A DNA stretch of 64,000 nucleotides from Desulfuromonadales bacterium (GTDB taxonomy: Bacteria > Desulfobacterota > Desulfuromonadia > Desulfuromonadales > SZUA-540): the NCBI GenBank assembly GCA_033549025.1, contig JAWSUS010000016.1:1-64000 (forward strand), read 5' to 3'. The notes under the pieces are model-generated. The model did no database searches. It saw nothing but the letters and a program-made list of their open reading frames with translations, and was not told the DNA's origin. Shown one piece after another: positions 9,133 to 17,804 of this stretch. Both the position numbers and the translations under genes were made by a program. Position 1 is the stretch's first letter. Each line of letters starts with the position of its first letter.

Positions 9133-10641
9133 ATGCAGCCTTCCAGAAGAATCAACAAATTATTTTCACCCCTCATTCTGGCTGTGGCCCTGATCGCCCT
9201 GACCGCTTCCGGCGCGGTGGCCATGGACAGCTTTTTCGTGGGACCACGTGCCATGGGCATGGCCGGCGCCAACGTCGCCTCGGTCAATGACACTACGGCC
9301 CAGTACTACAATCCCGCCGCCTTCGGCTTTTTCGGCAAGCGGAACGGCAATGGGGACCGCATCGCCAGCGACAACAACAACCTGGGCCGCAAGGATTGGG
9401 GCATGGACATCGGGGCCGCCGCCGGCTACCGCCTGCACAACAAGTTCGGCAGCTATCTCGACATTTTGGCCGACATTGACTACGACACCCTCAGCGCCAG
9501 CGGCATTCAGAGCGAATCGGATCTGGTCGACCTCATCAACCTGGTCAGCAGCCTCTCCGGCCTCGACCAGCCCGGGAACGCCATCACCGCCGACGTCAAC
9601 GGCGGCCTCGGCGTACGCGTGGGCAGCTTTGGCATGGGGGTGCGCACCTACGCCCAAGCTTCCGGCCAGGTGCTGGATGTGGATCAAACCAATCTGGGGC
9701 TGACCACTACAGACCTCAACGGTGACATCGAAGGCGTGCCCATGTCTTCTGGCTACACCTCAGACGGGCAATACATCGCACTGACTACAGCGCAAGTTGC
9801 CGAGTTAAAAACCGCCTACACTGACGAGGCTATTGATCGCTTTGACTTTATTCTGGCGCAAGAAAATATTGATCCCGCCTTGGTACAAGACGTAGTAGAG
9901 CAGCTGGGCATCGTGGCAAACGCAAGCGGCACACTGGATGACAACACCACCACCGTACGCCTGCAGGGTTTCGGCGTTATGGAAGTGCCTCTGAGCTACG
10001 GCTACGCCCTCAACAACCACTGGTCCATCGGTGGCAACCTCAAGTTCATGAAGGGGCGCGTCTACGGCACTCAGGTGCTGGTCTTCGACAACGACTCCGG
10101 TGATATCCTGGCGGAAACGGACGAGAACTATCAGGAGAGCAACACCTTCGGCCTCGATGTCGGCATCATGGGACGTTACCGCTACTTTAACCTTGGCCTG
10201 GTGGGCCGCAACCTCAACTCCCCCAAGTTTGACGGCCTGACGGTAGTCAACCCCTACACGGGCGCGACCAGCCACTTTGCCGATGTGAAACTGGACCCTC
10301 AGGTGGCTGCCGGCGTGGCCTTTATCCCCTTCGAGACTCTGACCCTGGAAATCGACCTCGATCTGACCGAGAATGAAACCACTCTGACCGGTTACAAAAC
10401 ACAGAACATTTCTGCCGGTCTCGAATGGGACGCCTTCCGGATTCTGGCCCTGCGCGCCGGGGTCTACAAGAACCTGGCTGAGAGCGACATCGGCGTCGTC
10501 TACACCGCCGGTCTCGGTCTCAACCTGTGGGCTGCCCGCCTCGACATCGCCGGGGCTTTTGCCGGCGACTCGGAGGAATTTGACGGCGAAGACGTGCCCA
10601 AGGAAACCCGGGTCGCCGCCCAGCTCAGCATCGACTTTTAA
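9133..10641 (+). CDS. Outer-membrane beta-barrel, TraF_2-like (FadL-like N-terminus)
   Basis: Signal peptide, GPRAMGMAGANVA...YYNPAA, alternating beta-strand pattern and terminal Phe (QLSIDF). Confidence 0.75.
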   Translation: MQPSRRINKLFSPLILAVALIALTASGAVAMDSFFVGPRAMGMAGANVASVNDTTAQYYNPAAFGFFGKRNGNGDRIASDNNNLGRKDWGMDIGAAAGYRLHNKFGSYLDILADIDYDTLSASGIQSESDLVDLINLVSSLSGLDQPGNAITADVNGGLGVRVGSFGMGVRTYAQASGQVLDVDQTNLGLTTTDLNGDIEGVPMSSGYTSDGQYIALTTAQVAELKTAYTDEAIDRFDFILAQENIDPALVQDVVEQLGIVANASGTLDDNTTTVRLQGFGVMEVPLSYGYALNNHWSIGGNLKFMKGRVYGTQVLVFDNDSGDILAETDENYQESNTFGLDVGIMGRYRYFNLGLVGRNLNSPKFDGLTVVNPYTGATSHFADVKLDPQVAAGVAFIPFETLTLEIDLDLTENETTLTGYKTQNISAGLEWDAFRILALRAGVYKNLAESDIGVVYTAGLGLNLWAARLDIAGAFAGDSEEFDGEDVPKETRVAAQLSIDF

Positions 10642-10660
10642 GAAACTGACATTTCAACGC

Positions 10661-10691
10661 AAAAAGCCCCTGCCAATGACAGGGGCTTTTT
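10661..10691. terminator. Bidirectional intrinsic terminator
   Basis: AAAAAGCCCCTG-ccaatga-CAGGGGCTTTTT between convergent genes. Confidence 0.85.
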
Positions 10692-10713
10692 GCGTTTCTG
10701 AGGCAAGCAGGGG

Positions 10714-11904
10714 CTACAGGATGACGAGACTTTCGTCGGAATAGGTCAGATGTTTGAGTCCGTCTGCGCCGACCCAGAAGGTGTTTTCAATCCCCACCGC
10801 GCCGAGTCCCGGGAAAACGGCCTTGGGCTCAAAAGCAAACGTCATGAACTCTTCCAACTTTTGATCCTTGAAGCCTCGAGCGATGAAGGGATATTCGTCC
10901 ACTTCGACGCCGATGCCGTGACCGATGAAGGAGACCTGGGCTCCCGAGGAGCCCATAAAATGATCCTTGTACCCCATCTCGCAGGCGAGCGCGTAGCACT
11001 CGTCGTAGATTTCGCCCCAGACGGCTCCCGGGCGCGCAATCTGCTTGAGCCGGATCTGAATGGCCATCATGTCGTCGTAGGCCTTCATCAACTCGTCGGG
11101 CAGCCCACCGATGCACAGCATGCGGGTCTGGTCGACCAGATAACCGTCAAAGGCGCCGGCGAAATCGACCGTGATCGGCTCATGGCGCTCGATACGTTTG
11201 TAGCTGGCCCCCTGCCCGACGGAAGGGTTGACGCCGAGCCCGCCCAAGGGCGCGTCAAGATAGGCCGGCGCCGCGCTGTCGGCACCCGAGAAGATGTGCC
11301 CGAAAAAAAGTTCCGAGTTGAACCCCCGCATGCGGGTGATGCCCTGGTGTCCCAGCTTGCGCGCGGCGAATTCCAGTTCAGCCGCCAGCTCGAGATCGGT
11401 CATGCCTACCCGGATCACCTCTTTGGCCCGTTGGTAGACCTTGTCCACCATCAGGGCCGCGTCTTTCATGATCTCAATCTCGTATTTCGATTTGACGGCA
11501 CGAACGGTGCGGATCAGCGGTGTACCGTCCACCACGGCACAATCCCCCAGAATCTTCTGCATCCGCTGAAAATGGACCACCGGCAGCACGTCGAGTTCCA
11601 TCCCCACCTTTTGGGGCAGAGGATAGCCGAAATCACTGAGCCTGCCCGGCAGGTCTTTCGGACTTTTGAGGGGATGGACTTCTTTGAGGCCGCACTCCAT
11701 GCGGGCCCGGGTGTAGTCCTTGCGCACCAGGTAGAGAGCTTCACCCGAGACCGGGACGTAGAGAAGGCCTTGCTGGATGGAGCCGGTGAAATAAAAAAGA
11801 TCCGCGTTCTGCATCATAAGCATCCCGTCCAGGCCTTCGGCCTGCATGAGGGCCTGCAGTGAGTGAATGCGGCGTGTCAGTTCAGTGGCGGGGGTGATAC
11901 GCAT
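10714..11904 (-). CDS. Xaa-Pro peptidase (M24 family)
   Basis: Creatinase-N domain, RAVKS..EI, YLVDQTR, GHGIGVEVDEYP, FEPK and GIEN. Confidence 0.9.
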   Translation of the reverse strand: MRITPATELTRRIHSLQALMQAEGLDGMLMMQNADLFYFTGSIQQGLLYVPVSGEALYLVRKDYTRARMECGLKEVHPLKSPKDLPGRLSDFGYPLPQKVGMELDVLPVVHFQRMQKILGDCAVVDGTPLIRTVRAVKSKYEIEIMKDAALMVDKVYQRAKEVIRVGMTDLELAAELEFAARKLGHQGITRMRGFNSELFFGHIFSGADSAAPAYLDAPLGGLGVNPSVGQGASYKRIERHEPITVDFAGAFDGYLVDQTRMLCIGGLPDELMKAYDDMMAIQIRLKQIARPGAVWGEIYDECYALACEMGYKDHFMGSSGAQVSFIGHGIGVEVDEYPFIARGFKDQKLEEFMTFAFEPKAVFPGLGAVGIENTFWVGADGLKHLTYSDESLVIL

Positions 11905-11998
11905 GGATGTCCTCCTGAAAAGAAGGGGGCACAGCTTAGAGACCTCCGTTGTCCCAACGCCCTGCCCCCGGTGACAAATCAATGGACGATAACGCCTA

Positions 11999-13663
11999 TC
12001 AGGCCGTTTCCACGGCGGCGGCATCCTCCAGGTGCAATTCCTTGATGGCCATTTCACGCAGCTTGAACTTCTGAATCTTGCCGCTGGCTGTCATGGGATA
12101 TTCATCTACGAACTTGATATAGACGGGAATCTTGTAATTGGCGATACGCCCCCGGCAGAAATCCTTGATTTCCTCTTCGGTGCTCTTGGCCCCTTCCTTC
12201 AGCTTGATGGCAGCCATGACCTGCTCGCCGTATTTGCGGTCGGGAACCCCGTAAACCTGCACATCGGCAATTTTGGGGTGGGAATAAAGAAATTCTTCAA
12301 TTTCCCGCGGATAGATATTTTCACCGCCGCGAATAATCATCTGCTTGATGCGGCCGGTAATTTTGCAATAACCGTTTTCGTCCATAACGGCCAGATCGCC
12401 CGTGTGAAGCCAGCCCTCCGCATCGATGGCTTTGGCCGTCTCTTCGGGCATTTTGTAGTAGCCCTTCATGACATGGTAGCCGCGGGTGCAAAGCTCGCCC
12501 TGTTTCCCGGGTGGCAGGCTCGCTCCCGTTTCAATATCGGCAATCTTGACCTCGACATTGGGCATCGCCCGACCGACGGTGGCCACCCGCAGTTCAATGG
12601 GATCATCCGTCCGGGTCATGGTGATGCCGGGCGAAGACTCCGTCTGCCCGTAGGTGATGGTAATTTCGCTGGCGTGCATGTCGCGCATGACCCGCTTCAT
12701 CACCTCAATGGGACAGGGAGAACCGGCCATAATGCCCGTGCGCAAGGTGGACAGATCATATTTATGGAAAGCCGGATGATCCAGCTCGGCGATAAACATG
12801 GTCGGCACCCCATGGACGGCCGTGCATTTTTCCGCCTCAATGGCCTTGAGGACCGCTTCGGGATTAAAGGATTCCACCGGCACCATGGTCGTGCCGTGGG
12901 TGACAGCGGCCAACACAGCCAACACGCAGCCGAAACAGTGGAAGAAGGGCACCGGCACACACAGACGGTCCTTCTCCGTGAACTTCATGCACTCACCGAT
13001 ATAGAAACCGTTATTGACCAGGTTGCGATGGGTGAGCATGACCCCCTTGGGAAAGCCGGTAGTGCCGGAGGTGTACTGCATATTGATGACGTCGTGCTCG
13101 TCCAGGGTCGCGCTTACGGCGGCCAGATCGGCATCGCTCATCCCCTCGCCCAGTTTTTCCAGATCACGGAAGTTTATCATCCCGGCGGGGGTTGCCTCGC
13201 CGATAAAGATGACGTTCTTCAGGTACGGCAGCTTGTCCGTCTGCAGAGAGCCAGGCTTGGCCTCCTTCAGCTCGGGTATAACCCGGTAGGTAGTCTCCAC
13301 GTAATCGGTGTCTTTGAATCCCTGGACCAGAAAAAGCGTAGTGGAATCGGACTGATTGAGGACGTATTCGAGTTCTGCTGACTTGTAGCTCGTGTTTACG
13401 GTGACCAGAACGGCGCCAATTTTGGCGGTCGCGAACTGAAGTATCACCCATTCGGGAACGTTGGTAGCCCAGATCGAAACATGGTCGCCTTTGCGGATGC
13501 CCAGTTGATACAGCCCCTTGGCCACCCTGTTGCACAGCGCATTGAACTCCTGATAGGAAAGGCGCAGCCCGCGATCAGGATAAACAAGGGCGTCGTTCTC
13601 GGGAAAACGCCGGGTCGTGTCGTCAAGCAAATCACCGACGGTAAAGTGCAGCAAGTCATTCAT
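11999..13663 (-). CDS. AMP-binding acyl-CoA synthetase
   Basis: YTSGTTGFPKG, YGQTE, WLHTGD, RGGENIYP and TASGKIQK. Confidence 0.92.
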   Translation of the reverse strand: MNDLLHFTVGDLLDDTTRRFPENDALVYPDRGLRLSYQEFNALCNRVAKGLYQLGIRKGDHVSIWATNVPEWVILQFATAKIGAVLVTVNTSYKSAELEYVLNQSDSTTLFLVQGFKDTDYVETTYRVIPELKEAKPGSLQTDKLPYLKNVIFIGEATPAGMINFRDLEKLGEGMSDADLAAVSATLDEHDVINMQYTSGTTGFPKGVMLTHRNLVNNGFYIGECMKFTEKDRLCVPVPFFHCFGCVLAVLAAVTHGTTMVPVESFNPEAVLKAIEAEKCTAVHGVPTMFIAELDHPAFHKYDLSTLRTGIMAGSPCPIEVMKRVMRDMHASEITITYGQTESSPGITMTRTDDPIELRVATVGRAMPNVEVKIADIETGASLPPGKQGELCTRGYHVMKGYYKMPEETAKAIDAEGWLHTGDLAVMDENGYCKITGRIKQMIIRGGENIYPREIEEFLYSHPKIADVQVYGVPDRKYGEQVMAAIKLKEGAKSTEEEIKDFCRGRIANYKIPVYIKFVDEYPMTASGKIQKFKLREMAIKELHLEDAAAVETA

Positions 13664-14058
13664 GGATAAAATCCTCCCCTTCATTTTCGTCAAAAAGGTA
13701 TTCGGTCCCACCAAACTTTAGTTTGACGCAGACAACTATACGTTTTTAAAACGATTTTTGATACCACAGCCTGCAGGGTTTCGTCAAACCAAAAAAATTT
13801 CGCTGAAGACGGCAAGGAGGGAAAAGAAGGGTGCAGATAGGGCCAATTGCAAATATCTTAATATTTTGTTTTTTCGATGTTTTCGAGCGCCAAGGCGCTC
13901 CTTTTGGCCTGTTTTTTTTCTAGGCAGAATGCTAATCCTCTCTGCCCATCAACGGGTTAGCAGAATTTTTTGTCGTTTTCCACAGCGCTATCCACAGATC
14001 CATGTGTATACAATCTCGCGGCAAGCAACGATGAAAAACTGTTAATTCCAGTAGATAG

Positions 14059-14092
14059 AAAAAGGGTGGGACCCTGCAGTCCCACCCTTTTT
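14059..14092. terminator. Intrinsic terminator downstream of nrfA
   Basis: AAAAAGGGTGGGAC-cctgca-GTCCCACCCTTTTT. Confidence 0.85.
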
Positions 14093-14101
14093 ACGGTTAA
14101 A

Positions 14102-15583
14102 TCAGATTTGTTTGCCGGTCAGTTTTTCCTGGTTCCCAAAGGGGTCTTCCACCACCTGTTCGGGCCGGAAGGGGACCTTGTTCTTGCCCCGATCGTGGAG
14201 ATATTTCTCCAGTTCCAGATCGATATTGGCGGGCAGGCTCACCCCGGCCTGGGCCAGGGCCTGTCTCAGCAGCCCCTCGGCTTTGCCGGCAAAGGCGACC
14301 GCGTCACTGAGCACACGGGCAGCTTCGGGGGGATTATGGAAGCCCATGGAATTCTCCGCCCCGATAAAGAGGTTGCGGAAAAAGGCATCAATGTAATGTT
14401 CCTTGGCCTGGTCATACAGGTCCTGGTCGATCTTCTTGCCGTCGGCTTGGGCCTGGTGGGTCAACTCAAAGAGCTTGGCGACCGTGGCCGTGGCGTAACC
14501 GGCGCGGATCTGCATGGAGACAGTGCGATCCTGGATAGCATAGACGCGCTGGCGCAGCCAGTCGGCGCCCTCGGCATGGCACTGCTGACAGGCCTTCAGG
14601 TCGGCCTTGAGGGGGCTGGCAACGCGGTGGTCAGACACTTTGGCCGAACCCACCTTGGTATAAGGCATGTGGCAGTCCGTACAGGAGGCGCCCGCCATCC
14701 AGTGCACGCTGTCGTTGGAGAAAAGCTCAAATTCGGGGTGACGGATGAAGGGAAGAGCGAAGCCCGTTACGGACTGTTTCCATTCCCGGATCGTCGGGTC
14801 CTTGCGGAACTGGGCAATGATATTTTCGATGGTGATCTTGCCCAACTGGCTTTCCTGCCAGGGGAAATAGATACCCACGGATTTCTTGTTTTCGTCCTTA
14901 ACGATATTGTAGGTCACGTGGCACTGAGCGCAGACCAGGGTGCGCATCTGCTGATGGCTCAATTTGCCTTCGTCGGTTCCCAGGGCATCGAGACCTTTGC
15001 CCAGGGTAAATTCGCGGGAAAGGTTCAGGGACATATCTTTGGGGTCATGACAATCGATACAGGCGACACCCAATTCATGATGCTTTTCAGGAATCTCGTG
15101 CAGAACATCCATGAAGGGATTTTTGTAGTAGTTGACTCCCATATCTTTTTCGAGTTTGGGCGCATAGGGGGTCTTACAGGTGAGGCAAACACCACCAGCG
15201 CCGATACGGGAGGAATCGATCTCCAACTGGTCACGAATCATGTAGGCATGACCGCGGGGCTCATTATATTCGACTCCGAATCCCCAACCATTAAAAAGTA
15301 GGGCCAGATAAGGATAGGCCGAAAGCTTGTCATAGGTCACCCGGTCGGCATCAAAGCCGGGCCGATATTTACTTTTGCCGGCGGGCAGAGGCTCTTCGGT
15401 TTTTTTCCACAGGTCATAATGAACGGGATAGGCCTTGCCCCAAACTGCAGGATCAATCTCGCCGGCCGGAATCTCTACCGGGCGCACCATTTCCGCTTTT
15501 TCCGGCTGGCAGCCGGCCAGCAGCAATACCGCTGCGGACATCGTCAGCAGCACTTTGCCGATTCGTTTAAATTCCTCTTTCAT
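14102..15583 (-). CDS. nrfA: Pentaheme cytochrome c552 nitrite reductase (ammonia-forming)
   Basis: Lipoprotein signal (LLAGC), Lys-ligated CLTCK heme, four CXXCH (CIDCH, CAQCH, CTDCH, CQQCH), EPRGH, RHPEFE and AENSMGFHNP. Confidence 0.95.
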   Translation of the reverse strand: MKEEFKRIGKVLLTMSAAVLLLAGCQPEKAEMVRPVEIPAGEIDPAVWGKAYPVHYDLWKKTEEPLPAGKSKYRPGFDADRVTYDKLSAYPYLALLFNGWGFGVEYNEPRGHAYMIRDQLEIDSSRIGAGGVCLTCKTPYAPKLEKDMGVNYYKNPFMDVLHEIPEKHHELGVACIDCHDPKDMSLNLSREFTLGKGLDALGTDEGKLSHQQMRTLVCAQCHVTYNIVKDENKKSVGIYFPWQESQLGKITIENIIAQFRKDPTIREWKQSVTGFALPFIRHPEFELFSNDSVHWMAGASCTDCHMPYTKVGSAKVSDHRVASPLKADLKACQQCHAEGADWLRQRVYAIQDRTVSMQIRAGYATATVAKLFELTHQAQADGKKIDQDLYDQAKEHYIDAFFRNLFIGAENSMGFHNPPEAARVLSDAVAFAGKAEGLLRQALAQAGVSLPANIDLELEKYLHDRGKNKVPFRPEQVVEDPFGNQEKLTGKQI

Positions 15584-15647
15584 AACGCCTCCTGAAATCT
15601 CCTCTATTGGTTTTTATAAAGTGGCTATGATGCGAACAATCCACCTA

Positions 15648-16100
15648 TCAAAGCGTTTCAATTGTTCCACTGAGACGATGTTGGGTTCCGCGGTGGCAGC
15701 TCCAGCATTCCGCCTCGGTCGAAATCATCGAAACGGTGCCGCTGTGGCAGCGGATGCAATTGGCCTGCAAAACCTCACCACCGTGTTCGGTCAATTCGAT
15801 GCGTTCGGAAACGCGCCCGCTGTAAAAGAACCAGGCATCCTTGAGCCCATCAATCGACTTCCAGACATAATGCGCGATTTTGTTCTGATTGGGCAGGTGG
15901 CAATCCACACACTTGAGTTTCCGGTGCGCTCCGGTGTAAGACCAGGCCACATATTCGGCTTCCATCACATGGCAGCTAGCGCAGAAATCCGGTTCACCAC
16001 TCTTGGCCAGGACCCGAGGGGGGCCGAACAGCACAAAGAGACCGATCCCTGCCGCGACGACCAATACAACCAGTAAAACCATCACGTTCTTTTTTGCCAT
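15648..16100 (-). CDS. nrfH: Tetraheme NapC/NirT-family quinol dehydrogenase
   Basis: N-terminal TM helix, CASCHVM, CVDCH, CIRCH and CWSCH; directly upstream of nrfA. Confidence 0.93.
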   Translation of the reverse strand: MAKKNVMVLLVVLVVAAGIGLFVLFGPPRVLAKSGEPDFCASCHVMEAEYVAWSYTGAHRKLKCVDCHLPNQNKIAHYVWKSIDGLKDAWFFYSGRVSERIELTEHGGEVLQANCIRCHSGTVSMISTEAECWSCHRGTQHRLSGTIETL

Positions 16101-16166
16101 TCTTGCTCACCCCCTTCCTTAAGCCCGCTGGTGTAAGACGACCATTGGCTGTTTCTTAGTCATTTC

Positions 16167-16183
16167 TACCAGATTTATGCCAA
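16167..16183 (-). promoter_or_regulatory. Putative sigma54 promoter of nrfHA (non-canonical -12)
   Basis: Minus strand reads TTGGCATAAATCTGGTA: strong -24 TTGGCA, with GT instead of GC at -12. Confidence 0.5.
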
Positions 16184-16216
16184 TCCGCAATGAAAGGCGC
16201 AATGAATAGAAACAAC

Positions 16217-16248
16217 AAGGGGGAACGCCATTCAAAGCGTTCCCCCTT
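16217..16248 (-). terminator. Terminator of the PAS-EBP gene
   Basis: AAGGGGGAACGC-N8-GCGTTCCCCCTT, with a U-rich tail on the minus strand. Confidence 0.75.
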
Positions 16249-16269
16249 CAACTAAAACCCACCCAAGAC

Positions 16270-16317
16270 GTCACCCCCGGGTAACATCCCCTTGCGATCA
16301 CGTTACCCTAAGGTGAC
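16270..16317. promoter_or_regulatory. Two palindromic candidate enhancer (UAS) sites, GTYACC-N4-GGTRAC
   Basis: GTCACC-CCCG-GGTAAC (16270-16285) and GTTACC-CTAA-GGTGAC (16302-16317), 32 bp apart. Confidence 0.6.
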
Positions 16318-17675
16318 ACTTCCAGAATCCCGTACCGCTGCATTTTTTCCCACAGGCATTTCCGCGAGATGCCAAGACTTTCAGCCGTCTGCGTTTTGCG
16401 ACCCTCAAGGGATTCGAGAGTTCGCACAATAAAAGCCCGCTCAAAACTCCCCAGAGCTTCTTTCAGGGACTGGTCGCCTGCGAAGAGCGTATCGCAATCG
16501 AGGCGCCCTGCCGACTGCAGGTCGGGGGGCAGGTCCGCCACGGTCAATGTGCCCGTCCGGTTTAGGGCCACTGCCCGCTCAAGGGCGTGCTTGAGCTGTC
16601 GGACGTTGCCGGGAAGCGGATGGCCGGCGAGGAAAGTACGCAGTTCATCAGATACGGCCGGAACCGGTTTACCCATTTGCTGAGCCAGCTGCTGCACGAA
16701 GATTTCCGTCAGGGGCAGAATATCCTCATAGCGCTCCCGCAAGGGCGGCACTTCCATGGTGATGACGTTAAGCCGGTAATAGAGGTCCTCCCGAAAACGG
16801 CCCTCCTGAACCTCCTGCGCCAGATTGCGATTGGTCGCCGCCACGATGCGCACATTCACCTGAATTTCCCGGTCGCTTCCCAAGGGCTGCACAGCCCGGG
16901 ACTGAATGGCCCGAAGCATTTTGGCCTGCGCGGTCAGCGGCAGCTCTCCGATTTCATCCAGAAACAGGGTCCCGCCGTCCGCCTGAACAAACTTGCCCTT
17001 GGCATGGTCCACGGCACCAGTAAAAGCGCCCCGTTGATGACCGAAGAGTTCCGATTCAATCAGGTTTTCCGGCAAGGCCGCACAATTGACCCGAACCAGC
17101 GACCGCTGAAGACGGGGGCTGAGGCGATGAAGCAAATCAACGATGCGCTCCTTGCCCGTACCGCTTTCGCCCACGATCAGAACCGTCGAGTCAATCCCGG
17201 CAACGGCCTGCACCATCTCCACGACATGTTGCATGGCTCGACTTTGCGCCACCAGGGGACCGTCGTTGCCGGCATCGAGCAGCGAGTGCCTCAGCTGATG
17301 ATTCTGCTCCGCCAGCAGTTTACTCTCCGTGACATCACGGCTGATCAGCAGGGTGCCGATGTACTGGCCCTCAGGGTCCCGAATGCCTGAATAAGAATTA
17401 TCGAAAAAACGGTTTTTAACCTGAATACTGCGATTGACCGCGGCGTAACGCCCACTCTTCAAATTGGCAATCAGTTCGCGAATGCGATGATGCATGTTGG
17501 CGGGATGAATGGAGAGAATCGATTTGCCGATAATGCGATCGGCGCGCACCCCTCGGATACGCTCGGCCGCCGGATTGCAAACGCGAATGGTATCTTCGGC
17601 ATCGAGGAAGATGACCCCCTCGACCATGTGGGCGACAATCTGTTCAAATATATCCGGAGAAAACCCCGTCTTCAT
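16308..17675 (-). CDS. PAS-domain sigma54-dependent transcriptional activator (EBP)
   Basis: N-terminal PAS (EGVIFLD...NPAAERI), GESGTGKE, GAFTGA, FLDEIG, FREDLYYRL, PGNVRQL and a Fis-type HTH. Confidence 0.93.
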   Translation of the reverse strand: MKTGFSPDIFEQIVAHMVEGVIFLDAEDTIRVCNPAAERIRGVRADRIIGKSILSIHPANMHHRIRELIANLKSGRYAAVNRSIQVKNRFFDNSYSGIRDPEGQYIGTLLISRDVTESKLLAEQNHQLRHSLLDAGNDGPLVAQSRAMQHVVEMVQAVAGIDSTVLIVGESGTGKERIVDLLHRLSPRLQRSLVRVNCAALPENLIESELFGHQRGAFTGAVDHAKGKFVQADGGTLFLDEIGELPLTAQAKMLRAIQSRAVQPLGSDREIQVNVRIVAATNRNLAQEVQEGRFREDLYYRLNVITMEVPPLRERYEDILPLTEIFVQQLAQQMGKPVPAVSDELRTFLAGHPLPGNVRQLKHALERAVALNRTGTLTVADLPPDLQSAGRLDCDTLFAGDQSLKEALGSFERAFIVRTLESLEGRKTQTAESLGISRKCLWEKMQRYGILEVSP

Positions 17676-17804
17676 ACCGGCCCTACCTCCTCATCTTGCA
17701 TTTCTGGCACCACTTGAAAAAGCACCCCGCCGCAGGTCTTGAAAACGGCAGCAAAAAGCCTGACCTACAGGCCAGGCGGCGGGAAAACACATCCTCTCTG
17801 GTGG

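Noticed and set aside
9133..10641. Conjugative element implied by the TraF-like gene
   Set aside because: No relaxase, coupling protein or T4SS genes occur in the window.
13740..14060. oriC
   Set aside because: Only three box-like motifs, no clear DUE repeats and no dnaA/dnaN/gidA neighbourhood; kept only as a DnaA-box cluster finding.
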